From an uncultured virus (IMG/VR IMGVR_UViG_3300026081_000002) (lineage: Duplodnaviria > Heunggongvirae > Uroviricota > Caudoviricetes), in the IMG/VR virus record IMGVR_UViG_3300026081_000002: DNA of 64,000 bases. One strand, 5' to 3'. Positions 19,817-28,929 of this stretch are shown in pieces (within the stretch, counting starts at the first letter, position 1; each line of letters opens with the position of its first letter). The position numbers were made by a program, and so were the translations under genes. The notes under the pieces were generated by a model. That model ran no database searches and was not told where the DNA came from. It worked only from the letters and a program-made list of their open reading frames with translations.

Positions 19817-20553
19817 TTGTCAATCTGTCATTTAAGAAAAGATCAGTACTGTTTGCAAAATTAGCAGATATAGCGTATTTAGAGAAACCAGCGGCAACAA
19901 AGAAAGCAAAAGAGTTAGGGTTTACTACAGTAGAATATTATGATAGAGATGGTGCACAGGCTTACAGATTTATGAATAAAAAAGATCTTGTCATTGCTTG
20001 TAGAGGAACACAACCAAATCAATGGAATGATGTAAAAGCAGATCTGAAAGCAATTCCAGTTATGGCAGAAACAGTAGGAAGAGTTCATAGAGGTTTTAAA
20101 AAAGAAGTAGACGATCTTTGGCCAATGGTAAGAGAAGATCTTTTAAGAAAAGTAAACTTATCGAAGACTGTTTGGTTTACTGGTCATTCACTCGGAGCGG
20201 CGATGGCAACTATAATGGCAAGTAGATGCATGCATGATGAAGAAGTAAATTATCCGGCAGAGCTCTATACGTTTGGATCTCCAAGAGTAGGTTGGAATAA
20301 GTATTGTAAGAGTCTAGGAGTTGAGCACCATAGGTTTGTTAATAATAACGATATAGTTACTCGAGTTCCTTTATGGATTATGGGTTATAGACACCATGGT
20401 GAGAAAGTATACTTTAATCGTCACGGTAAAGTTTCAAAAGTTACGTTATGGGATAGGCTTATCGGTATGTGGAATGGGATCAAAAGATTAGAGTTTGATA
20501 ATATTTCAGATCACGCTATGCCAGAGTACATAAAAAATTGTGAAAAGATGTAA
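19813..20553 (+). CDS. Lipase class 3 family protein
   Basis: IACRGT, VHRGF, FTGHSLGAAMA (GxSxG), YTFGSPRVG, NNNDIVTRVP. Confidence 0.9.
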   Translation: MIVNLSFKKRSVLFAKLADIAYLEKPAATKKAKELGFTTVEYYDRDGAQAYRFMNKKDLVIACRGTQPNQWNDVKADLKAIPVMAETVGRVHRGFKKEVDDLWPMVREDLLRKVNLSKTVWFTGHSLGAAMATIMASRCMHDEEVNYPAELYTFGSPRVGWNKYCKSLGVEHHRFVNNNDIVTRVPLWIMGYRHHGEKVYFNRHGKVSKVTLWDRLIGMWNGIKRLEFDNISDHAMPEYIKNCEKM

Positions 20554-20561
20554 AATAATGG

Positions 20562-20590
20562 TTTACTTTTTATAAAAACTGTTGTATAAT
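20562..20590 (+). promoter_or_regulatory. Early/sigma70-like promoter
   Basis: (G)TTTACT-17-TATAAT. Confidence 0.6.
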
Positions 20591-20620
20591 AGTAAAAGAA
20601 TGAAACGGAAAGAGGAAGAA

Positions 20621-21130
20621 ATGTTTAGTACTAGAAATATATTAATAGGTCTTATAGTAGGTTTTATGTCAGCTGCAGTAGTACACACTGCACAAGCAGG
20701 AACCTCTTTGGCTTATGTTTGGCATGTTGAAAAAGTTAATAGAGTTGTAACTCAATACGTATCTGAAAGAAGATGTAGTATGCAACAGGTTCCAATATAC
20801 CAGAATCAAATTGTGCACGGTGGATCATCTAACGGAGATTTACTTGGAGCTATGATTTTTGGTGGCATACTTGGAAAAGCAATAGGTGACACAGATCAGG
20901 CTGCTGCCGCTGGTGCAATCTTTGGTGCACTTACGCAGAATCAAAATGGAACTACCACTCAAAAAGTAATTACTGGTTATGAGAATAGAAGTATTTGTAA
21001 TAACGTTAGCGTTCCAACGCAGGTATCAAACTCATCGTATATAATTCACTGGAAGTCTGGTCACAGACGTGGTTCATTTTACAGTGACAGTAAGTACGTA
21101 GTCGGTGATTCTGTGTACGTGCGTAATTAA
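20621..21130 (+). CDS. Exported glycine-zipper protein
   Basis: Signal peptide, GAMIFGGILGKAIG...AAAAGAIFGA; start moved to ATG after GAGGA. Confidence 0.65.
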   Translation: MFSTRNILIGLIVGFMSAAVVHTAQAGTSLAYVWHVEKVNRVVTQYVSERRCSMQQVPIYQNQIVHGGSSNGDLLGAMIFGGILGKAIGDTDQAAAAGAIFGALTQNQNGTTTQKVITGYENRSICNNVSVPTQVSNSSYIIHWKSGHRRGSFYSDSKYVVGDSVYVRN

Positions 21131-21141
21131 TAGGAGGAAGC

Positions 21142-21408
21142 ATGATAGAAGGAGCTTCAAAGAATATGCCGTTCAATGTACAGGCATATAACAATATAAC
21201 TAGAATTCAAGAGGCTAAAAGAAAAGAACAAGTAAATGCTCTTGAAAGACTCAATGACTATCAAATGACTCAATACCAACAAGCTCAGTTTAGAGAACAA
21301 CAGAGATGGTTGGTTTATATTATGATGATGCAACTCATGTTTAAACTTAACATGTGGGATGCGTTGAATCAAATGCGAATAAGAAGAAGTATTGACATAA
21401 CTGTTTAG
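21142..21408 (+). CDS. Hypothetical protein
   Basis: AGGAGG SD. Confidence 0.55.
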   Translation: MIEGASKNMPFNVQAYNNITRIQEAKRKEQVNALERLNDYQMTQYQQAQFREQQRWLVYIMMMQLMFKLNMWDALNQMRIRRSIDITV

Positions 21409-21532
21409 GAGATATTATGAAAAAAATGAAAGAAATGTGGGAAGCCTCATACGGTGAGGGAACCAAGTTTGATTTAGATTATGGAAAACTCGTAATCTTA
21501 GGCCTTTGTATTTATATTGCTGTCCAAGTATC

Positions 21533-21715
21533 ATGACCGAGACAAGTTGGAATAATCATGAGGACTCTGCAGCAGAGCAATTAAGGAGACAGCTTCTTCG
21601 ACAAGAAGAAGAAATTAAACTTCTCAAGCAAATGGTTGCTGTCGAAAATAAAGAGAAGTACGATGCTTATAAGAGAATAAAAGAACTCACTGAGCAGCTT
21701 AATAAAAAGGATTAA
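21533..21715 (+). CDS. Hypothetical coiled-coil protein
   Basis: MTETSWNN...; coupled to upstream small ORF 21417-21536. Confidence 0.5.
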   Translation: MTETSWNNHEDSAAEQLRRQLLRQEEEIKLLKQMVAVENKEKYDAYKRIKELTEQLNKKD

Positions 21716-21719
21716 AGAG

Positions 21720-22094
21720 ATGATTAGAAACCTAGTCATGGCACTGTTCATGGTGCCTGTCATAGCCATGGCTGACACAAATAATAATATATCAAAGGTA
21801 CCCGGACAATATCGTAGTAAAGTTGTCGTTTGTAATTTACAAGATGAGATTATTAAGGTTATGGAAGAATATGGCGAACACCCATGGATTCATGTTGATG
21901 GTGGTAGTTTTATACAAAATAAAGTTTTTCTACCCGGCAGGTACGTAATATCAATAAACCCTAAGACTCAGACTTGGAGTTTATTAGAATTTTATACGAG
22001 TCAAGCCGGAGAAAAATTGGCTTGTATGTTGGGCTTTGGAAAAGGTCCGGTTACTATGAATGATTTAAATAAAAGAAAAGGAATTGATTTATAA
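21720..22094 (+). CDS. Hypothetical exported protein
   Basis: Signal peptide, two Cys. Confidence 0.55.
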   Translation: MIRNLVMALFMVPVIAMADTNNNISKVPGQYRSKVVVCNLQDEIIKVMEEYGEHPWIHVDGGSFIQNKVFLPGRYVISINPKTQTWSLLEFYTSQAGEKLACMLGFGKGPVTMNDLNKRKGIDL

Positions 22095-22345
22095 TGGAAC
22101 CATATCATAATAAGGGTTTTGGACTAGCATTTTTAACTATTATATTTGTAACGCTAATTTTGCCAATTGCGGCTATGATGACGATTGATGATACATGGGA
22201 CAGACTCTTACAAAAATATGGCGATCCGTGGAAGAGTGACTGTTGGGAAAACAGTAAGCACGAAAGAGTATGCAAAGGAGAAAATACGTGTAAGTTTGGA
22301 AGAAACTTTTGTATTCCTGAAGTATACAGATGGAGGGTTGAATAG
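22094..22345 (+). CDS. Membrane protein with Cys-rich C-terminus
   Basis: TM helix then four Cys. Confidence 0.5.
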   Translation: MEPYHNKGFGLAFLTIIFVTLILPIAAMMTIDDTWDRLLQKYGDPWKSDCWENSKHERVCKGENTCKFGRNFCIPEVYRWRVE

Positions 22346-22716
22346 GTCTTATAAAGACACCAAAGGTAGTTGATTTAGTAATGCCAGATGGACCAATTAT
22401 GAGAGAAATTCGTAAAGGTACTCTTAAGTTTGTAAGAGGAATCGATTCTCAATGGAGAAAGAGACAAGAAGAAAATAAGTTTATAAAAGAAAACTACTTT
22501 AAAAAAAGACCAAAGCGCTATCCTAAAGCACCTACTTATAATTATGCAAATGTGAAAGAAGAAAAGAAAGAATGAGACTTATTGATACTTTAAGAACTGA
22601 ATATATAACACCAAGAAACTGGTTAGCCGACTTAAACAAAAAAGAAGATGATCATGATCCAGAACCTGAACGCTACTATGAATGGATGCTCTGGAGAATG
22701 AGACAGGAAAAGAAAC

Positions 22717-22983
22717 ATGAGCAACAAAGCAATATTTGATTTTGGTTTTACTGCAGTCGACGAAGATGAGTTAGAAGCAGTACAGACTACTCAAGTAAAG
22801 GTAAAGGAGACTGAAAAGTCTGCCAAAGCTCTTCAAGATAAGATAGATGAGCTGTACAATGCAATTACACCCCTCCTTAATAATCTGAAGAAAAATCCAG
22901 AGAAAGAATATATCCTCTGGCCAGATCGATTAAACAAAGTCGAACAATTCGAAGACTATCTCACTTCTATATACCAGAAGTAA
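22717..22983 (+). CDS. Conserved T4-like hypothetical protein
   Basis: FDFGFTAVDEDEL...PLLNNLKKNPEKEYILWPDR. Confidence 0.65.
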   Translation: MSNKAIFDFGFTAVDEDELEAVQTTQVKVKETEKSAKALQDKIDELYNAITPLLNNLKKNPEKEYILWPDRLNKVEQFEDYLTSIYQK

Positions 22984-22984
22984 C

Positions 22985-23077
22985 TGTTACATTTTTGTCA
23001 CAATAAACAATTAAAATGAAAAAAAATGCATTTTAGTGCATTTTTTTGTTTACATTCCTAAAAAACTATGGTAGATT
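22985..23077 (+). promoter_or_regulatory. Early promoter cassette 2
   Basis: TGTTACATTTTTGTCACA 22985-23002; TTTACA(23049)-17-TAGATT. Confidence 0.7.
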
Positions 23078-23111
23078 GGTATCAAGATAAATTAATAAGG
23101 AATGAAAATAA

Positions 23112-23291
23112 ATGGATATTTTTGATTATAACAATGTAAAAGGGATCTTGGCAGGGATGTCAGATCAGCAACTTTCAACTCTAGCTGAAAAGCTAGTTGA
23201 GCAGTTCCCTAAGACTGCTGATTATTTCTCCTCTTACTTAGAGGCTCAACTTCAGGACAAAATTGTCCGTGAGAATGAGGAGGTATCTTAA
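23112..23291 (+). CDS. Hypothetical early protein (59 aa, not in ORF track)
   Basis: MDIFDYNNVKGILAGMSDQQLSTLAEKL...; TAAGGA SD; TAATG coupling. Confidence 0.6.
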   Translation: MDIFDYNNVKGILAGMSDQQLSTLAEKLVEQFPKTADYFSSYLEAQLQDKIVRENEEVS

Positions 23292-23608
23292 TGAAAATCA
23301 CTGTAGTACATAAAGCTTTCGAAGACACACCAACAAATGTGGCTTTGGTAAATGTTCCATCTGAAATTAAAAATGTTGATTCTGCTTTAGAATATGCATA
23401 TCGTTGGACTAATAACGTAATGGGTTCTTGGAGCCGAGACGATATTGAAAATAACGGTGATGAAAATCCTAACGTTACACCATTATTCTTTCATCCTGAT
23501 GGGATGGGAGTTCGTTCAACTTCAATGGGCGATCAGATGATTGTCGATAATGACGATAACATAACCACTTACGAAGTCGCTATGCTAGGCTTCGAGGAGG
23601 TAGCGTAA
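23291..23608 (+). CDS. Hypothetical early protein
   Basis: GAGGAGG SD; RSTSMGD motif. Confidence 0.6.
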   Translation: MKITVVHKAFEDTPTNVALVNVPSEIKNVDSALEYAYRWTNNVMGSWSRDDIENNGDENPNVTPLFFHPDGMGVRSTSMGDQMIVDNDDNITTYEVAMLGFEEVA

Positions 23609-23841
23609 TGAGAGTGATTAACTTAGACGGTCCTGATGGAAATGCTTTTGCTCTTCTCGGCTATGCTAGCCAATGGGCAAAAGATCTTGAACTCAACAAA
23701 GACAAGATATTAAACGAAATGAAGTCAGATGACTACGTAAATCTTGTTTCAACTTTTAATAAATATTTTGGAATGGATGGAGCTCAGATTGCTGTGCTTC
23801 AGTCTGAACAAAACGATCTACAGGAGATTATTCATGGTTAA
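23608..23841 (+). CDS. Hypothetical early protein
   Basis: LDGPDGNAFALLG motif; GAGGAGG SD. Confidence 0.6.
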   Translation: MRVINLDGPDGNAFALLGYASQWAKDLELNKDKILNEMKSDDYVNLVSTFNKYFGMDGAQIAVLQSEQNDLQEIIHG

Positions 23842-24109
23842 ACGTGAAACAGTAACAGTAATGGAAATGCAGGTTCATGAATCGCTTGATCCTAAAGATT
23901 TTGATGACATAAAGAAAGGTGCTCCACACGGAGGTCCATTCGATAGAGGAAGTGCAGATGCTTATTACGGTCGTTTGTACGATCCTCATATTTGGCCAGA
24001 TGGTACAAATAAAGGTACAAGAATTGAAAAGGAAGACATGTCTCCTAGAGATATTGAACTTTATAACTTTGGATTTAATTATGAAACCGATAGAAAGGAT
24101 TGGGGTTAA
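23834..24109 (+). CDS. Hypothetical protein
   Basis: HGGPFDRGSADAYYGR motif; start after AGGAG. Confidence 0.55.
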   Translation: MVKRETVTVMEMQVHESLDPKDFDDIKKGAPHGGPFDRGSADAYYGRLYDPHIWPDGTNKGTRIEKEDMSPRDIELYNFGFNYETDRKDWG

Positions 24110-24375
24110 TTATGGTTGAGGTAGCTCACACTATGGAAGAGCGTCTAGCTCTTATTAAAAAGATTGCTAAGCGTAAGAACATGCTTAAAACAGTTAAGCA
24201 AAAAACGCGTAAAGCAAGATCTGTCGCTCTTAAAGAAAAAAGAGATGACGATTTAAAATGGGCGAGAGATGATGGTAATAACATCAACGCCTGGACTGAC
24301 GAGCGTAAGTATGCTGATCAGTATTATGGTGATGCATATCGCGACACTACGAGGTATGATAATGATTGGGACTAA
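24100..24375 (+). CDS. Hypothetical protein
   Basis: ORF in co-directional array. Confidence 0.5.
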   Translation: MGLIMVEVAHTMEERLALIKKIAKRKNMLKTVKQKTRKARSVALKEKRDDDLKWARDDGNNINAWTDERKYADQYYGDAYRDTTRYDNDWD

Positions 24376-24687
24376 AACGATCATGTATGTTATAGGATCC
24401 ATTATGCTGGTTACGGCTATTGGATTCTATCTTCATCACATTTGGTCAGACTGTTTAAATGAAAACTCAGTTCTAACATGCATGAGGATGTTATCATGAA
24501 AGTTACAATAATAAATCGTAGTAACGGCTCAGCAATGGAAATGAACTTTGATAATGAAGAACAGAAACAAAGATGGCTAGAAATTAATCCAACTTTCGAG
24601 TGTTTAGGTCCTTTAGAAAATCAACTTCCTACTCGACATGTAAGAATGCAAAACAAAGATGAAGAGTTTGAAGGTTGGGGTAGTTAA

Positions 24688-24897
24688 GTGGACTTTCTAC
24701 TAATCATGATCACGCTTCTTGCTAATGGGCAATACAAAGTTCTAACTGAAGATGTCTATAAACATCTTCCAACCTGTGAAGTTGCGGCTGAAGGGCGACA
24801 GATGTTTTTTAAATCTGAAGGTATATATCATAAAAAGTATGTATGTATTGCAACAAATCCCTTTAATAAAGGTATACCAGGCCCAAATAATGAGTGA
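24688..24897 (+). CDS. Small exported two-Cys protein
   Basis: Hydrophobic N-terminus, two Cys. Confidence 0.45.
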   Translation: MDFLLIMITLLANGQYKVLTEDVYKHLPTCEVAAEGRQMFFKSEGIYHKKYVCIATNPFNKGIPGPNNE

Positions 24898-25063
24898 AGA
24901 AAATAAACCACCTGAAACAATAATCTATGTAGATAATCCAAGAGTGTGGTGTATGGGAGAGCAGATGGATCATCCTAAAGTTTATTATACAGTACCAGAA
25001 GGTGGTGAGGTAGTGTGTGGTTACTGTGATATAAAGTTTAGAATGAAAGAAGAAAATGCCTGA
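24890..25063 (+). CDS. Zinc-finger (zf-CHCC-like) protein
   Basis: VWCMGEQMDHPKVYY...VVCGYC; start moved to ATG 24890. Confidence 0.75.
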   Translation: MSEENKPPETIIYVDNPRVWCMGEQMDHPKVYYTVPEGGEVVCGYCDIKFRMKEENA

Positions 25064-25274
25064 AGAAAATAAAGTTATATTCTTAACAGATCTGATAGAA
25101 CAAAAGTTAAGAAAAGAAAAAGAGATTGAATACTATGAAGCGCAACTAAAAGAGATTGCAGATAAACTATTCTTTTTAAAAAAAGAAAAAGATTTAACAG
25201 CTCTTATTATTGATATTCTTCAAAAAGAAAAAATTATAGATCTCAGTGAAAATCTTAGAAAGATAGAAAAATAA
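25056..25274 (+). CDS. Hypothetical coiled-coil protein
   Basis: 72-aa ORF. Confidence 0.55.
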   Translation: MPEENKVIFLTDLIEQKLRKEKEIEYYEAQLKEIADKLFFLKKEKDLTALIIDILQKEKIIDLSENLRKIEK

Positions 25275-25453
25275 TGTTCAAATTAGTTTTTATATTAATG
25301 ATAATGAATGGTTCTGAAGTAGAAGGACAGATAACGTATTCTAGTATGCAGAAGTGTATTTGGTATGCAAAGCAAATCAATGTACATGAAGATAGATTAG
25401 TCGGTAATTATTCAGCATGGTGTAAACCGGTAGCAGTAGAGCAACAAGAATGA
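25274..25453 (+). CDS. Small exported two-Cys protein (59 aa, not in ORF track)
   Basis: MFKLVFILMIMNG...YSSMQKCIWYA...AWCKP; coupled at both ends. Confidence 0.5.
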   Translation: MFKLVFILMIMNGSEVEGQITYSSMQKCIWYAKQINVHEDRLVGNYSAWCKPVAVEQQE

Positions 25454-26232
25454 AAATAATCGCAGGGCCTTGTCAACATGAATCGTATCCTCAGTCGTTA
25501 AAAATAGCAAAGCACTGCTATGAAGTTTGTCATGACTTAGGAGGTGGAGGTTGGGGTATAGACTACTACTTTAAAGCTTCCTTTGATAAAGCAAATAGAA
25601 CTAGTTTAGATAGTCCTCGAGGACAAGGAATAGATGTAACACTACCTGCCTTTATGAACTTAAAAAAAGAAATACCTGGGTTGAAAATATGTACAGACGT
25701 TCACACTGAAGCGCATATTAATAGATGCAAAGGGGTTGTCGACATGATACAAATACCTGCGTTTTTATCGAGACAGACTGATTTAATTTTAGCTGCGGCA
25801 AAAACAGATTGCGTGATAAATATTAAGAAGGGTCAGTTCATGGCTCCATGGGATATAGAAGGGATCATAGGTAAGTTAGGTGAGTCCACAGACTATTGCA
25901 TTACTGAACGAGGTACCAGTTTTGGTTATAACAGGCTGGTTGTCGATTTTGCTGGGATGGATTATATGTTGCGTCGCATCGGGCGTAAACTTGTCTTCGA
26001 TTCTACGCATGCCGTTCAGAACCCCGGCGGAGAGGGTAGCCATTCTGGTGGTGATCGTAGGTTGGTTCCTAATCTGGTTCGTGCAGCAGCAGCGATTGGT
26101 GTATCCAATTTCTTTGTAGAAGTTCATGAAGATCCTGATAACGCGCCGTCCGATGGACCTAATATGATAAGACTAGAAGACTTTGAGCCTTTAATCAGAG
26201 ATATATGCTTTGTAAGAAAAATGCTTCACTAG
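25450..26232 (+). CDS. kdsA: KDO 8-phosphate synthase (3-deoxy-8-phosphooctulonate synthase)
   Basis: IAGPC, KASFDKANRTS, QIPAFLSRQTDL, NIKKGQF, ERGTSFGY, DSTHAVQ, PSDGPN. Confidence 0.93.
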   Translation: MKIIAGPCQHESYPQSLKIAKHCYEVCHDLGGGGWGIDYYFKASFDKANRTSLDSPRGQGIDVTLPAFMNLKKEIPGLKICTDVHTEAHINRCKGVVDMIQIPAFLSRQTDLILAAAKTDCVINIKKGQFMAPWDIEGIIGKLGESTDYCITERGTSFGYNRLVVDFAGMDYMLRRIGRKLVFDSTHAVQNPGGEGSHSGGDRRLVPNLVRAAAAIGVSNFFVEVHEDPDNAPSDGPNMIRLEDFEPLIRDICFVRKMLH

Positions 26233-26244
26233 TGCATTTTTTCC

Positions 26245-26273
26245 TTTACATTCCTAAAAAACTGTGGTAGTAT
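26245..26273 (+). promoter_or_regulatory. Early promoter (partial cassette)
   Basis: TTTACA-17-TAGTAT with TGTGG; TTTACATTCCTAAAAAACT identical to cassette 2. Confidence 0.7.
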
Positions 26274-26294
26274 AGTATTAAATAGGAGAATGAT

Positions 26295-26600
26295 ATGGGA
26301 ATCACAATGAACACAAAAGGTATTAATCCAGAAATTAGAAACAGAATACGTCTTGCTGTAGCAGCATATGCTTATGAGTATATAGATGATCCTATCATGT
26401 CAGATGCTGATTTCGATTCATTAGCAAGGTCAATCAGTCCTGAAGAAAAGACTGGAAATCGTAAGCTAGATAATTTCTTCAAAAAACACTTCCAACCTGA
26501 CACCGGTATGTGGATCCATAAGCATCCTGAAAAAGATAAGCTTCGTCACATATACGAAACTTACTATAAAAACGATAAATATAGATATACAGGTAAATAA
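26295..26600 (+). CDS. Stand-alone NAD-dependent DNA ligase domain Ia-like protein
   Basis: AYAYEYIDDPIMSDADFDSL resembles LigA YY..DxP..sDxeYD. Confidence 0.55.
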   Translation: MGITMNTKGINPEIRNRIRLAVAAYAYEYIDDPIMSDADFDSLARSISPEEKTGNRKLDNFFKKHFQPDTGMWIHKHPEKDKLRHIYETYYKNDKYRYTGK

Positions 26601-26601
26601 T

Positions 26602-26970
26602 ATGACAATGCATCTTGTTCGCGGAATGTCTAGCCTAAATACTAAAAGGCGAAGGCAAAAGAAATCACCTGGTTGGAAGCAAAAACTAGCTGAGCATGAT
26701 AAGTTTCTCAGAAAGATGGGCGCACATCCAGATCAGATAAAAGAAAGTAGAAAAAGAAATGCTGATGTGGTTATTCGGAGCATCCCTGATTATAGCGATG
26801 ATAGGCCTAGTCTGCGTACTAGTGATGTTATTTGTGGAGGAGGACTGAAAAAAGAAACGAATAAATATACAGGTACAGAAATTATTGGTATAGGTACTAT
26901 GCATAAGTCTAACATGGTTCCAGTATCAAGAAAAAAAGATGCCGAGGATATGGCAAAAATGAGGAGATAA
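26602..26970 (+). CDS. Conserved T4-like hypothetical protein
   Basis: YTGTEIIGIGTMHKSNMVPV motif. Confidence 0.65.
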   Translation: MTMHLVRGMSSLNTKRRRQKKSPGWKQKLAEHDKFLRKMGAHPDQIKESRKRNADVVIRSIPDYSDDRPSLRTSDVICGGGLKKETNKYTGTEIIGIGTMHKSNMVPVSRKKDAEDMAKMRR

Positions 26971-26971
26971 G

Positions 26972-27211
26972 ATGTTTTCTATAGAGTTCGATGCTGATCA
27001 CACTTGCTCTACTATACTCGATAACGATGGAAGAAAAGAAGATGTACAATTGCTTATAGGTGATGAAGAAGTTTATATACGCCAGTGGAACGAGAAGAGA
27101 AATAAGTATGAAGTAATCAACTTTTCACCTATGATGTTTAAAGAACTTATGACATCAATGGACTATCCAGAAGGGTTATATGCTACTAGTAGGGAGTTAG
27201 TAAGACAGTAA
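26972..27211 (+). CDS. Hypothetical protein
   Basis: 79-aa ORF with SD. Confidence 0.55.
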   Translation: MFSIEFDADHTCSTILDNDGRKEDVQLLIGDEEVYIRQWNEKRNKYEVINFSPMMFKELMTSMDYPEGLYATSRELVRQ

Positions 27212-27212
27212 T

Positions 27213-28148
27213 ATGAGCAAATCCTATGCGGATGCGTACTACAGCAATCAGCTGTGTATGTGGATGGATATATCTACATACTGTAACGCAGGTTGTCCAG
27301 AATGTCACAGAACAGATATTGTTAACGGTGGTCTAAAAACTATAGACTGGCTTCCACTCATTCAATGGAGACTCAAAGAATTTCAAGAAAGATTTAGTAT
27401 AGAATTTATTAAGCACGCTACAAGAAAATGGGAGTTTTGTGGTACATGGGGAGATCCTGTGATGAATAAAGATCTGTACAATATTGTGAAATACATAGTC
27501 GAGTCAAATCCATCAACATTTATCTCTATAGATACAAATGGAAGTATAAGAGGTGTTAACTGGTGGGAGGATCTAGGTAAACTCTCAGCCGCAACAAGAT
27601 ATTATGGAGGAGGAACTATCGAAGTAGATTTTGCTGTAGAAGGTATTACACAAGAAATGCATTCTCACTATAGAAGAAAAACTAATCTTCATAAAGTACT
27701 AGCAAACATGAAAGCATTTACAGATAACGGTGGTATTGCCACCGCTTTTGTCGTTATTCATAAGCATAATCAAGATCACCTGCATCAAATAAAAGAAATG
27801 TGTGAGCTTCACGGATGCTCAAGATTTAATTTTGTTGAGTCTAATAGATTTGAGTATCATTCAACCGGAACCACTGGTAGGTTTGAATTTATAGATGAAA
27901 AAGGTAAGAAGCAGGTTCTGCTTCAGGCTGATAGAACATATTCAGTTCCCAGAGAAAACTCTCAGTTTCATGCACCGATTGCAGATCACAAAACTAGAAC
28001 AGATCATAATCCGTTACTAGAAGAACACAAAAGAAAAAAGAAAAATAGCTATATGGATATTCAGAAAGCAGTTCAAGCAGCAGCAGCCGAACTAGATGGA
28101 AGTGATGATATAGATTCTTTTATCGAAGCTAATGAGGCAGAAGTATGA
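27213..28148 (+). CDS. Radical SAM protein
   Basis: CNAGCPEC (CxxxCxxC), GTWGDP, DTNG. Confidence 0.88.
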   Translation: MSKSYADAYYSNQLCMWMDISTYCNAGCPECHRTDIVNGGLKTIDWLPLIQWRLKEFQERFSIEFIKHATRKWEFCGTWGDPVMNKDLYNIVKYIVESNPSTFISIDTNGSIRGVNWWEDLGKLSAATRYYGGGTIEVDFAVEGITQEMHSHYRRKTNLHKVLANMKAFTDNGGIATAFVVIHKHNQDHLHQIKEMCELHGCSRFNFVESNRFEYHSTGTTGRFEFIDEKGKKQVLLQADRTYSVPRENSQFHAPIADHKTRTDHNPLLEEHKRKKKNSYMDIQKAVQAAAAELDGSDDIDSFIEANEAEV

Positions 28149-28513
28149 AAAAAAGTTACATTAAATGTAGATGGCTAGAGATGAATAAAATTCTAGTTAA
28201 TCCAGACGGACAAGTATATCCATGTTGTTATCTTGCAAATAAAGCATATAAGTCAGAACAACTCGGTGTGTTTGGTCCGAACAATCAAGTAGAAGATATG
28301 AGTCAAAAAGGTCAGAACTGGTACTGGAAACCTGGTGATGAGCTTATGCATGAATACAAAAAGAACTATGATGATCTTAATATTAAGAACAAGTCAATGG
28401 AGGAGATAGTTAATCACGATTGGTATACGAAAACACTTCCAGAATCATGGGAAAAAGAAGAAACTAGGTTTGAAGCTTGCAGAACATTTTGTGAACACTA
28501 TAAAGAAGATTAG
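28145..28513 (+). CDS. SPASM/twitch-type Fe-S domain protein
   Basis: C...VNPDGQVYPCC...CRTFC. Confidence 0.75.
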   Translation: MKKSYIKCRWLEMNKILVNPDGQVYPCCYLANKAYKSEQLGVFGPNNQVEDMSQKGQNWYWKPGDELMHEYKKNYDDLNIKNKSMEEIVNHDWYTKTLPESWEKEETRFEACRTFCEHYKED

Positions 28514-28516
28514 ATA

Positions 28517-28723
28517 ATGACATTTGAAATATTTACAATTATATGTTTTATAGCGACTGTTGCTATTGTACCAATATACATGTGGTTACTATACAACATT
28601 AAAAATTCTTGGACGTCAAACTCACATGACACTCAAGGTGGTAGTATGACAATACTTGAAGGAAAAGATCAACCAAAGGTAACTTGGATGGATCCTATAA
28701 TTAAAAGAATGAGGAGAGAATGA
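28517..28723 (+). CDS. Small membrane protein
   Basis: N-terminal TM helix. Confidence 0.5.
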   Translation: MTFEIFTIICFIATVAIVPIYMWLLYNIKNSWTSNSHDTQGGSMTILEGKDQPKVTWMDPIIKRMRRE

Positions 28724-28929
28724 TGCCCGGACAGAATTTTATAAACGGCCCACCTAATCCACGTGGAGTAGAAAGAACCACACTAGATGGCAAAATACGC
28801 ATAGAAGATCAAAGTGATTTTTCCATATTAAAAATAATAGGAATCAAATTTTTAGTTGAAGATCCTCGAGCACCATTTGTTTGGTTTGCCATTGCCATGA
28901 TATTGATTGGATCAATTGCTGGATTATAA
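28720..28929 (+). CDS. Small membrane protein
   Basis: C-terminal TM helix. Confidence 0.5.
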   Translation: MMPGQNFINGPPNPRGVERTTLDGKIRIEDQSDFSILKIIGIKFLVEDPRAPFVWFAIAMILIGSIAGL

